64,000 bases of DNA. It comes from Oopsacas minuta. Lineage: Eukaryota; Animalia; Porifera. Both the position numbers and the translations under genes were made by a program. The notes under the pieces are model-generated. The model had not been told where the DNA came from, did not search any database, and saw only the letters and a list, made by a program, of their open reading frames with translations. The DNA lies in assembly GCA_024704765.1 (NCBI GenBank), contig JAKMXF010000055.1:912793-976792 (forward strand), read 5' to 3'. Shown here piece by piece: positions 1-12,237 of this stretch. Position 1 is the stretch's first letter; every line of letters starts with the position of its first letter.

Positions 1-1082
1 ACAATACTCAAGATCCAGTCCGTACAGATCTTCAGCAGTTGCAGGAGATAGTATGCGTGGAGTGCCCATCCAGATCTACTGTAGAGCGAAGGGCTACCCG
101 TTTAAGATCTGGTGATGCTGTTGTCATAGATTTGCCTCGATCTGGAAAACCGGTATCCACCACCACTTCAGAGAATATCGCACTCATTGAAAGTATGGTC
201 ATGGAAGACAAGTGCATTATTGTCAATCAGCTGGAACAAAGTATGGGGATTTCATCGGGAGCAATTCGTACAATTCTGACAACTGAGCTTGGCTACCGAA
301 CGATTTGTGGGAAATGGGTCCCGCATAAGCTCAGTGAGAATCAAAGGTTGGCGCGACTGAATATTGCCAAGAAACTCTTGAAACTTGTGAGAACTGCGAT
401 TCTAGACACCTAACAGAGATTATTACTGGTGACGAGACGTCGGTCTACTATTCAACACCATATAGCAAGTATAAGAAGCGATCATGGGTGAGGGGCGACG
501 AACAACCGGTGAAAATTCCTAGACCCGACTTCAGAAACCTAAGATTATGTATACCATCTTCTTCAGTAGTCATAGAATTGTCTTGCAATTATCTTGTGAG
601 AGTGGCAAGGCTGTTACTGCTACTTTCTTCACAGAGCAAGTGCTTCCAAATTTGATATAAAATATAGAAAAGTACCGCCCGAAAACCGGAACTCGAGGAA
701 TGAAGATTTTAATTGATAACGCCAGTTCCCATACAGCTAAGCTTATCAAAAATTTCTGGGATGTAGAAGGGTTTGAATTACTTCTCCATCCGCCACACTC
801 ACTAGACCTAGCTCCGTGTGATTTTTGGCTATTCGCCAAGCTTAAAATCTACCTTCAAGGCAAAGATTTTAACACATTACAAGCACTCGGAACGGGCCTG
901 CACCAGTACTTCAAATCCATCCTAAAGAAGAGTACAGAAATTTGTCTACAAGTGGGTAGAAAGGTTAAAACTTTGTGTATCTGCAGGAGGGAATTACTTT
1001 GAATAAATAATATAGTGAATTAGTGTGTATAGTGTTTGTATCATATTCTATGATATCACCCCAAAACATATTGACGCCTTAG
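1..1082 (+). mobile_element. mariner family A copy 1 (5' end outside window), frameshifted D,D34D transposase
   Basis: HTH region (PSRSTVERR..RLRSG), ICGKWVPHKLSENQR, IITGDET, ILIDNASSH and HPPHSLDLAPCDFWLF lie in shifted frames. Degenerate 3' TIR ...ATTGACGCCTTAG is followed by TA at 1083-1084. Confidence 0.92.
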
Positions 1083-3232
1083 TAATTTCCATTTATAGTA
1101 TTATTGAAGACTGGCAATATTGTTTGGTGATTACAAAATGTAAAAACATGCCTTTTATGTTTATTTTTATGAATATAAAGTAATGAAAAAGTTGAAATAC
1201 TATTATATGATTCAATATTCCAATTGTATATTAAACGAAATACGAAGCACAGCCTGCTGAATAACATTAGATTTTCCATACATGATATAAAATATTTAAA
1301 GAACAATAAAAATATATGTATAAATAGATTATTCGAGGTATATTATTGTAATTTAGTTAATTAAGAGTTGTGACATGTTTTAAGTTTGAACACAAATATT
1401 TGTACAACACAACTCAAAAATCCTTGAAAAATATATATAAAAACTAACTCCATGCCATTGCTTCCTCTCGGCCCTTGGGAGCGAGTTTAAGTAAGTAGTT
1501 CTAAGTTATCAGTAAGTATAAAGCACAATTGTTAACAAGAGTGAATAAAGATTAGAACTGAAGGTAACAATTTAGCGGGATATCGCTGGAAGTAGCATAT
1601 TAATATTAAACTAGACACAAAAGAGCGGTAAAATGAAGGTTTGTGGCAAGTTTTGGCGGATCATTCTGAATTTTTTACTGTATATTATAAAAATCACAAT
1701 AAATTTACATATGATTAATTCAAAGTGTGAAAATCAGATACAGCATACAGTCTCATTATATCAACACAGTTAAGAAGAAACTCCAAATAAGGAGTACGGA
1801 ATAACTAGACTTTATTGTACGTTAATTAATTAGTAATACGATAAATGCATGTTAGTCGAAATCTCAGAATTGACAATTGGAATTGAATCTACGTAGAATT
1901 CCATAAATTCATCGCTTGACATCTAACAAAGAGAGTTTGCTCATTAATCTAACAAAAAGTAATGAGAACATGCTCACTACTGTGCATAAATTCTAGAGCC
2001 GAGTACACAATAGGGCGTATCTAGGTTACAATACTCGTGCCTTTTACAAGCCAGCGGTTTGGACGCTAAGCGGCGTGGGTCTGTAATATTTTGAGATATC
2101 AAAAATAAATATAAGCCCCTACTGCAGGCGTCGTAGACCATGGCTATGCCTCTGATTGCCATGCTGGTATGGTGGGATTATTTCTGTATACTGGAATTAG
2201 CAAAATATTGGTTGGAAGTGCAGCATATTCTTGCATCTAAAGACTATATTCTAAATGTAGTTCAGAATTTTAACCTTGTATGTCAAATACAATAACATTA
2301 TCTACAAATAAATGTAAGGATATTCTATAATATCCAGATAATTCAAGCAAATCACAAGTACAATAATGTGGTCAAATAAATATTTCGAGCAGATCTTCAC
2401 ACTTTCAGGTTTCTTATATGTCAATGGTAGGTGTTTTTATGAATATAAAGCAAACAAGTAGTTGAAATCATAAGATATACGAAGCGGCTCATTGTATGAA
2501 ACAATAATGATGTATTTAAAGAAATTAAGACCAGGGTTCTGAATTTCGGGTAGAGCTTGATTCCGGTAGCGGGTTAACCTGTTAACCGCCGCTATAACCA
2601 GTTAACTTGAATAGGGAAAATTTATTCGATGAACGAAAATAGTGTTATTTGATCAACAACTATATTAAGTTTTCTTAATCATTGGGAGGTAAGAAATTAT
2701 CAAAGACAAATTTTGTTTGTAAGGCATCTTGGAATGTTGCATCTAGGGCCATGTTCTCAAAGTCCAATCGTTTTGTGAGATACGTTGTGGCTAATGAGGT
2801 TTTACTAAAGACAAGGTTTGTTGTCGTCAGGTTTCCAGGATGAGTTAGGGTTTGAAAATTATGAAGTCATAATTATTTCCCAATTTATTCAAATTTATTT
2901 AGTTTCTTATAATTCATTACTATATAAGATATTCTTAATAGTATCATGCTTCAATAACAAACAATAGCATCTAGGCAAAGAATTAGTTAATGTGGAATTG
3001 TAACCTAATCTTGTATGAAGTATAAAATTATTATTCGGATATGTTGTATAAGAATGTGATATTATGTTAACTACAAAAATAAGAAAATATTTAAACTTAA
3101 AAAAATGTATATGAAATTATTTTACATAATTATCGTCATAAAAAGATTTCAAATATCACTTACACTTCATGAAGGAAATGAAATATTGCTGGATAACATG
3201 CAGGGCCATCGAAATGCAAAGTAGATGTCAAT

Positions 3233-5280
3233 TTGGCAAGAAGAATAATTGGAGAAAAAGATGGAATCGACTCAAAATTACCAACGTTCTCAAAAGATGT
3301 GAAGAACCTCCATTTGAGGTGTAGTCGGATTAGAAAACGAATGCACCACGATCAGTCCGCAAATTATCTTGAACAAATAGTACTTAAACGTCTGGGCTAT
3401 AAAACAATTACTGAAACTTCAGCTCAGCTGCTTTGTCGGCGGTTAATCCGAATATCACTAAACGGAAATCCCTAGAAGATTTGAAAAAATCAGATTCTAA
3501 ACGTGTACGCCTCGAGAGCACTGGTATTATGGGCATGTTATCTCAAATTAGCTTGTTCAGAATGTATTATCCAGTATGTTGGTCTGAAATTATATTTTAT
3601 TGCAGTTGCTATATAAGGATACCATAACATTACTCTTATTGTAAAAAGAAATTCTGAAGGTGATAATTTTGATAACCTTCACTCCAACAAATTGGTTTCG
3701 CCCAAAAAGCCAACATTCCTTGCATATAACCTCAATCTGGGGGAATTGAAATGGACTCATCTGAGGAATTTTGGAATTTCAGAAAGTTTAAAGTTAGCCA
3801 GTTGGTCTAAAATACGTGATTTTCGTACAACTCTAATATCTCCGTACCAATTTTACCCATCTGTATCAAATCCAATCGGAGTAACAGTTAACTACATTGA
3901 CCACATAGTAAACATCTTGAAACGTATCATCACACACTCTATACAATCAATTGAAGAACCTCAGTTGTACCCGATCCACTTTATGGTTAAACATGGCGTA
4001 GATGAGTCGGGAAGTCACAGTATGCCTAATCTTAGATCTCAAACAAGTTCGTGATAGTTTAAATTTTTCTCTTATTCATGGTTTCTCCTCTTGAATTGAA
4101 AGATTATGAAGGTAATATTACCCAGTCTATTCAATACTCAAATTCTAGATTCCCCAAGCAACCAATCGCATTGCTACCTCAAAAAGAGAACATTGAAAGT
4201 GTCACTCCTCTAATGAATTTCTTGAATCCACAAATTGACGAACTTGTTTCAACTGCCTTCGAGAATGAAAGTGGACATGTGAATATTGAAATTAAAGGCC
4301 TCAATGTTAAATTGTAAAATTTGTGCCATATTTACTGGTTTCGGTAGAGCTGCATGTCAGTGTTGCTTCGCAGGTCAAACTGATGTATCAGACCCTGAAG
4401 TTGTAATAGCAGGCTTTCCGAATAATTGCACGTTGCAAGCGATCAAAGATACTATCATAGAGCTAACTTCTGATAAAAAGGAGCTTACAGTATATCTTCC
4501 CGAAAACGAGCTGGAATCACTCATGAATCTGCAAGTTCAATTGAAGTCCACCCTATTGACCCCTACACTCATACTTAAGTATACTTGATTAGTTCCTGAA
4601 AATATCATACTGGATACCAGCGGAAAGACGTAGCTGGGCTGATCATGTAAATATTAGGACCAGCAATAAACTGATTCGACAACGGATTAAAGAAGTTACG
4701 ATTATTCAGTTCGAAAACCTAGAGGAAGTGGAAACAATAGCACTGGTAATTCAGCTCGTTTTTTCTTATCCAATGATTTCCACTTTAAAACAGCGCTCTC
4801 TTTTAACACTTCAAGAAGACGTTGAAAATCCTAAATTATTTAATAGAAATATTTCTGCTCTTACATGTGTAGCTAATTCCTCTCAGAACATCAATGTTAG
4901 TACCTTTAAGGGCATTATGTGAAGAAATATATCTCTTCAGTAAGATCGTTATCCTGGGTTCCAATAACTCCCACAGTGCATACATTTCGAGCATGTACTT
5001 ATCAATTTATAGAACTGAATGTTGATCGTGGCCTTAAGATACTCGGAAGAAGATTTGGAACTGAAACATAAGTACAAACGCATGTTTAGTGAAAATATAT
5101 CGCAAAATCAGATTTTCTTTCAGAAGTGAAAGACATATACTCCCGAATATACATAGTAGGAGAGCCGTACTCAATGAGAAGTTCCGTAAGTGTCTCAAAT
5201 GTAAGAAATGTGGAGAGTTGAGACATCAACGAGGGTGTAAAACAAACTTAAACTGCAACAGTTCAGAATATCTAACTTGA
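3233..5280 (+). pseudogene. degenerate RAG1-core/Transib-like transposase with C-terminal CCHC-like motif
   Basis: Fragments in order: KHGVDESGSHS (first catalytic D), SPLEL..NSRFPKQPIALL..KE, MLNCKICAIFTGFGRAACQCC, WVPITPTVH, SEEDLE..HK (catalytic E region), CKKCGELRHQRGC. Many stops and frameshifts; no clear termini. Confidence 0.75.
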
Positions 5281-6331
5281 CAGATTTAAACATGAAATTT
5301 TTTCCCTACTGGAAGCGAATGACTCACTGTGGAGATATAGTAGCAGTATATTTCTATTTTTAATGTTAGTCATAAATCTTAATTGCTTGTATTAAAGAAT
5401 AATTGCAGCAGTTAACCGATTAACTGCTATTACCCAATAGGTTTTAACCCACCCACAATCACATAGCTTTGAAATGATAAACCTTACTGTATTGATATCA
5501 AATACCGACCCGCTATTGTATTACTTGTATGGGAAATTGGCTGATTTTTAGGACAATTAAGTCCACATATAAAAAGGTTGCTACTACTTATATCGAATTT
5601 AAACCAAATATCCCGTAGACAGAAATTCGACAACATGCCCATTGAAATTCACACAATTTGCAATTTAAAAGAAATCAAAAATACTTTTGTATCAATAATA
5701 TAAATCCTAGTTAGGTACCAAAATTTGAAATTTTACTGATAATCTCCTAACGAGCTAAAAGCCTGCGGCGTAATTCGTTAATCCGATTTAAAATTAAATA
5801 TATGGTTGAATAGTAGAAACAAAAAATGTTAAAGAATCTAAAATGTAACTCATATATATCTAAATACTTGTTCCAATATGTTATAATAGAAATTCGTTAT
5901 TGTAAATATTTAGTACAAGGTCAAAAAACTTCATTAAATTAGATTAACCGCTGAACAATTCTATCCCCAGAACGATGCAAATATTCATCAATACAACAAT
6001 GAATAGACTGGTTCAGTTAGAATGAATTATGAATTTCTAGGTTCCCAGATATGGTGAATTGAATGAGATAGTTCAATCACTGATTAATGTGTAAAACAAT
6101 CAAGTCGATTTCCAGTTTAAGGCCAACACTGATACACACTAAATTTATTCGTGCAAAAACTGCAACATTTCTGGAATATAGATACTACATATAAAGTAGC
6201 TGAATCGGCGAACCATATACATAATCAAATAATCACAAGTTACGGTTAGACCTTATGTATTGTGAGCTATGCTAAATAATTGTATTGAAATTAAGAATAA
6301 AATCATCAATGGAATATTAAAATAAACTAAC

Positions 6332-6452
6332 TGTAATTAATTTGCCAAGACAATCTTCACTATAAATTCTAATATCGTTTGATTCATCACTGCATAATTT
6401 GAACAATCGCTCAAAGACAATACCAATTAATCGTGAATACTCAGGTAGATCA
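6332..6452 (-). CDS. HTT: isolated 121-bp coding exon similar to huntingtin N-terminal HEAT region (human exon 3 equivalent)
   Basis: Translation DLPEYSRLIGIVFERLFKLCSDESNDIRIYSEDCLGKLIT aligns without gaps to human HTT [40 protein letters not shown] (recalled from memory). Bounded by acceptor TTTCTCCTAG and donor GTTAGT; begins in phase 2 and ends in phase 0. Confidence 0.72.
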
Positions 6453-8299
6453 CTAGGAGAAACATTATAAATAACAGTAAATAAAGGAAAACAATGCAAC
6501 AACAATTAAGTCAAGAAATACAAGGATAAATATAACTATCAAGTTACTTTTAAGAAAGTATCAATATTATAGAATAAATTCAATTTAGGGGCTGATCGAA
6601 GGGAGGTACCTACCTTAAGCACCACGCGAAATTTTGAAACAGGGGTTTGTATACACCGAATAATTACGCTTATAATAATTTAAGATTTAATGCAGCTCAT
6701 AATTCTGAGATTTTTCCCTTATGAAAATTCAGATTCTGAAGATATGTTCATTTTTGGTAATTATAATGTTCTCCAAATTTCTCTAGCCCTCATCATTATA
6801 AGAGAAATTCATAACCTACAAAGATGTATATATTCAACAATCTAATCATTAATTCCGCATATGTATACATATATTATAGATAATATTCACCTAAATAGTA
6901 TACATTGATTCGTTGTAGTTTTGAGTGATACCGGAAATGTGTACATGGTGACGCCGAAAACAATTTTGAGAAATCACAGATAAATGAGTAAGTAGGACCA
7001 TAGTATCTTATACACTAAGGCAATGGCAGTCGAATCAAATTATAGACCATGGATGGCAATTTCTCAGGGACTAGGGTCATTCAGTTACCAGGGCCATACG
7101 ACAAAATTGGATTCTAATTCATTTTACGAGGGACAATACATTTTGCATGACGATATAGGAGTTTCTGCGCATAGAGAGAAAATTCATAAGCCTAGAGATA
7201 TATAAGCGAGAAACTAGTTGTAGAAGATGCAGGTATTTGGCAAAATAGTTCAATTGAGCATAATAAGCTCCCGATCTTAGTTCAATGTAACAAACTGTGA
7301 GTTAGTGATTGCCTCATCCTCAGAGGGAAGTCAGCGAATATTGGGTGAATGGCGGTGAATAGAAAATATCTGGTTCTTCTTCTGAAACAAAGCCACTATG
7401 AAACAATGTTTATTAAATCTTGTAAACAAACAATGTAAATGCTAGAAGTATCCATTGGATTTCTGGAAATGTTCACATAATTCCGCCCTGAGGCATTCCT
7501 TTTTGACAGAACATCTTAGATGTCATTTGACTAGGCTACTGAAGTGGATTATAATTAGATCCGTCAATTGAAAAGGCAAGAGTTTTGATTTTCATAATAT
7601 TGACAAACTCAATATAAAAATGTGGTTTTTGAGAACAATTGACTATACAGGTTGATTTAGTTCTTGAAAATCTAGAATTTCTGTGATTAATGAACCAATA
7701 AAGATTTCTTGGAAATCCTGTCAATTCTTTCGAGGAAGATAAAGGAATGCTATGTTTGCCATTGTGATGACCACTTTCATTTCTGCTAGTTTAACTTTGG
7801 TTTTTACGGCTTAAACGTCATACTGCTGATTCCTTTCGAAAAGGATTTGATTTAAGAACTGTTTGAACATGTCTATTACCTGGATGTGCACAAGAAATAT
7901 ACTTACGGCAAAATTACATCAGTTTGAGAAATAAGTTTTGAAATACATATAAACTCATCATTCCTTCAGGATGAAATTTGGTAATATTATACGAGTTGTA
8001 TCATCATCAATTGCATTTGATGTATCAATATATGATTAAATGGAATGATTCTGCATCGATTTCCTTAAAGGATCAATCAAACACATTTTTGCTTTGTATC
8101 AAGATTTCGTTTTCATCGAAACACACCTCAGGAAAGATCTCAAATTATTATATTTAGAAATAAATTTAATCATAGTAAGTCAACATCTTAATGAACATTA
8201 ATTACAATAATAAGATAGAAGGGGGAGGAAATACCGAATCAGGATTCTTAAGCTTGTGACATAAAGCTTGTGACATGTCCATATACAATCACCATTATG

Positions 8300-8560
8300 A
8301 TCAATGAAGGTGCAAATTTGTATTCTTAGGTAATTACATGTAACCAAAATTTCATCTGTCCTAGACCAAACACGTAGATTCTGTTGAGTTTCATTATATT
8401 GGATATAGTTTCTATTTATAAGTTGACAATTTCCAATATACTTGTAAATAGAAATCACAAATATATAAATTTTACTTCTTCATCACCTGATCAAATATAC
8501 AAATAACTCTATAGAAACAATTTCCATCTGGTTTTATTAGAAATAGAGTCTCTGATAAAT
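8300..8560 (-). pseudogene. OTU-like cysteine protease domain remnant
   Basis: IKPDGNCFYRVICIF, then in another frame VWSRTDEILVTCNYLRIQICTF, resembling the OTU DGNCxFRA and WGxxxEI motifs; frame broken. Confidence 0.5.
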
Positions 8561-11036
8561 TTCGAACATTAAATATGTATCCATATAAGTGTTTGAAGAA
8601 TCTTAACGAAATATATGTCACATAAATTAACAGAGGTTTCCGCTTGAATTTCATACTTAAGGTGATAGCAATAGCTTGTTTGACCTTAGGTTCAGAACTA
8701 TAGGTACTAGTTTTACTTTAAAGTAGATCATGAGAGCTCACCTCTGTTGAGTATTACCTTGAAATGGAATTAATTATCACAAATGCTCGAACTGTAAAAT
8801 TTCTCTATTAATAAGGTATTGAAATATTCACTGTAAACTGTGTCGTAAAAACATTAAGATGTTAACAGTACTAGTCAGGAGATCCATATTTCGCGACATC
8901 CTCCGGTGTAGATATTCTTGAAACAGAATTTGGTAGTTACGTCCCGTTCCGTACATTTAGGTAACAAAATGTCGTTAGATTCAGGGAAACAGAAAGCCTT
9001 GGTGTCTTTGTGATTGTGCTGCCATTGAAGGTCTTGAAATTTTGATATTCAAGTGAATTTTCTTAATGACACAGTTTTGGTTGTGATGCTAAGAGTAACA
9101 GGCTAGTGATATAGAATATAAAATATAGAACATTTAACAATAATACAAAATACCCCAAGTATGTAAATAGTTTGTAAAGAAACAAAAGTTAAATTCACAT
9201 AGCAAACAACAACAATTTTCAGCGCGTACCTAATCTACACGCTGGGTACAATAAGTAACTGAAAACATTCGGTCACGACTCATATGCAGTCACATCGAAG
9301 CTCTAGGGCCTGGGGTAGTTATGTCAATTTATCTGGAGTTAGATATAATTTTATGGAATTTCACGATCAAGGACGAAATCTGTATATGTTCGAGGTTTCA
9401 GACTTCGTTCATGACCCCCACATAAATTATATTCATACAAGTAGTGGGATGTGATTAATGGCTTAGGATCATATTCTTTGCTTCTTAGGTAATAATCGAT
9501 ATAAACTGGCATTCCTTTGTATCCGTGTTCGATAACATGGTTGAATTATACGATTCATGGTTGAATTCTCAGCTCCAATTTAGCCATTAAACTTTCCTTA
9601 AATATTACGCCAACCCTTTGTTGAATGCTGATTAATATCGGGCATGGAGGGCGCAGTTAAAAATTGAGGATTTATCTATACGACCCTTGTAGGTATGAAA
9701 AGCCTGGCATACGAAAGAAATTTCGTTTATAAGGCAAATATATTATTTGTATTGAATAAAAATTATGTTCATGCATAGATAACTAAATATAATGGCAAAA
9801 CAGAAAAGTTTAAGGGTGGGGTATTAGCTAAGAGCGTATTTATACATAAATTTCCTTACTTTTCAACATAAAAAGTAAACAATATTCACAATGTTCTTGA
9901 ATACCATATTCGGATTCAGCATACTCGATTACCTCAGTCTAACCAATGAAAGCAGTTTTCAAACACAAATTGATATTTGTTAACTCTATATCCTTAAAAA
10001 CAACCATAAATTTACATACGAGAAACAAGAAAATACGAAAATTGGATTCACAGTACTTACCCCTGGGTAGCCGCTTAGAGCATGCATGTTTGTATATTTT
10101 GAGATTTAGATAATTTGTTACGTTATGCTCATAAATATAAAAATAAATTTAAATATGATTAATCCAAAGTGTTAAAATCGGATTCAGCATGTTCGATAAA
10201 TTTGGGGAAGGTATATTGAATCGAATTCAGCCTTATAAACACGAAAATTACATAGAAATGCGACAATTTCAATATTGGATACCCTAAATACTTTCCTTCA
10301 AAACAAACAAACAAACAAACAAACAACACTAGATATTTAATAATATAGATTATAACGATTCTCGAGATGTAATTGATACTCAAAACATTTCATCCATGGT
10401 GTCTACCGTATATCATCAACAATGAGCCAACTTTAGTACAAAAATTTTTGATATTTGTATGAGTATATATATATATATACATATATAATTTCATATATTG
10501 GCATTGAGATGATATGCAAAAAGCAACTATGTAAATATATGCGTTCAGCTGATACGGGCTAATGTAAAGTAAGTTATATTTTAAGTAAATGATTAGACAA
10601 AATTATAGGAAAATACGAAATTGCACATTACAGCTTGTGTTCAAAGAATTTTCGATAAAATAATTATGTACTCATTATATAACAAATATAGAGAGAGAAA
10701 GAGCTCAGCATTGTACAGCTTACTTCTACAAGATCACAGTTTTTGTCCATTTTAGAGATAGGTATAATGAAATAAAAGAGAATAACATAAGTTAAGTAAT
10801 ATACCATTAAATTGCAATTAATCCGTATACATATGTGTATATATCAGTGCTCGACAAATTCAGTGGTTTAGTGGCTATAGCCAACAGTACCTTTCCTCAA
10901 GCCGAAAGAAACTCATGTATTTTGGTTTAGTAACACGAAGTGGTGGCTAAGTAGCCATCACGGAGTTTCACATTTGTTTGTAAATCCGGAATAGATTAAG
11001 GAAGATGGAAGACTCCAAGCTTGGATTTTTGTGATA

Positions 11037-11450
11037 CAAGGGTATTTGTGCCGGGCTCGGACAAATTAAGGCTTGAGCGAATTTCACACTTATGACAAAA
11101 TTATGACGCCATTGCTACCTTTTGGATTTTCGCAAAATCACATTATGGACCACTAATCAAGCAATAGATATGATAGAAGTTTGAAATTTGAATCATAGGT
11201 ACCTCTCAATATGTCAGACATACTGACATCATGATTCTAACCAAGAAGCTAACTATAATGTGATCATTATGTCATCATTACAGTAAAAAAAATCAAAATT
11301 TTCCAAATTTCGAAAAATTCCTGAATATCTAAATACTTGAAGCAAAAAGGGCCAAAATACTGACCAAAAGTCAAGTAGCAGCTCCATCATTACTACTGGA
11401 GGCCATTAAATAGAATTTGGATGGACCATGGATAATAAAATATCAATAAT
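11037..11450 (+). repeat. dispersed repeat family X copy (TA-CAAGGGTA end, ATGACG(T/C)CATTG core)
   Basis: Clear similarity to 45217-46010 (+), 30240-30502 (-) and 33400-33560 (-); shared CACACYTATGAC..AATTATGAC..CATTG block. Confidence 0.6.
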
Positions 11451-11539
11451 TCTTGAAAATTTTTCCTTAAGGTTTAAAATGTCGAGTATAAAACCCGGTC
11501 ACGTAGCGATCGGGTATTTACATCTTCAGGTACTTGAGG

Positions 11540-11690
11540 GAGTAAGGTCTCACACAACGACCTTGAAAGAGAAGCGCGCTAGTGCAACACTAAATTCCGG
11601 TAGCTTACAGTCGAAAGAGTAAAGGTCTGGCAGGGATTCGAACAAAGGACAGGAGGTTTTAGAGTATGATCTCATCAACTACATGATTAA
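11540..11690 (-). mobile_element. possible tRNA-derived SINE fragment
   Basis: Pol III B-box GTTCGAATCC on the minus strand (11634-11643). Body motif CACTAGCGC.CTTC.CTT.C.AGGTCG recurs at about 46140-46175 and weakly at about 42250. No full cloverleaf. Confidence 0.4.
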
Positions 11691-12237
11691 CACAATGATA
11701 ATAAACGACTAAATGCGAAATATAAGCTCATGTTCCAAATAAACTAGCAGAGAAACTCGAAATAATAATTAAGAGGGATAATCAACAATTATGACCAAAT
11801 AATGTTCCACTAACTAATCCATTTTAGCAAAGCAGAATCTAATATTTGTATATGAACATTCGTTTTGACATATAAGAATGTCATAATAAAATTCGACGTC
11901 AGGGTTCATCCCAAAAATGAAGCTAAGCTAATTTCCATGACGAATTTGAAATATTTCATAAAATCTGTATAGATATGATAAATCATATGATAACTATGCG
12001 TATTTATTGACGAACAGAATTAAGACTACACAAGGATAAATAAATAAATTCAGTGGTACTAGTGAAATTGAACATCCACTATACACAGAATCAATTATAT
12101 ATCAGGATCAATAATTGCTCAAAGTATAACAATCGGATTGACCTAAGATTGAAAGGTGGGAAACATAAACACGAAAAGTTTATTGTCAGGAGCACAACTA
12201 GATGTCACTTAAAGTACATATACCAATTTAGGGCCAG

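Noticed and set aside
6120-6260. LCIWFADSATLYVVSIFQKC on the minus strand, faintly like HTT LWRFAELAHLVRPQKC
   Set aside because: Flanked by stops, no consistent splice phase, and similarity too low to judge by eye.
7470-7510. KGMPQGGIM on the minus strand, resembling a reverse-transcriptase motif
   Set aside because: Immediately followed by a stop, and no YxDD or other RT motif nearby.
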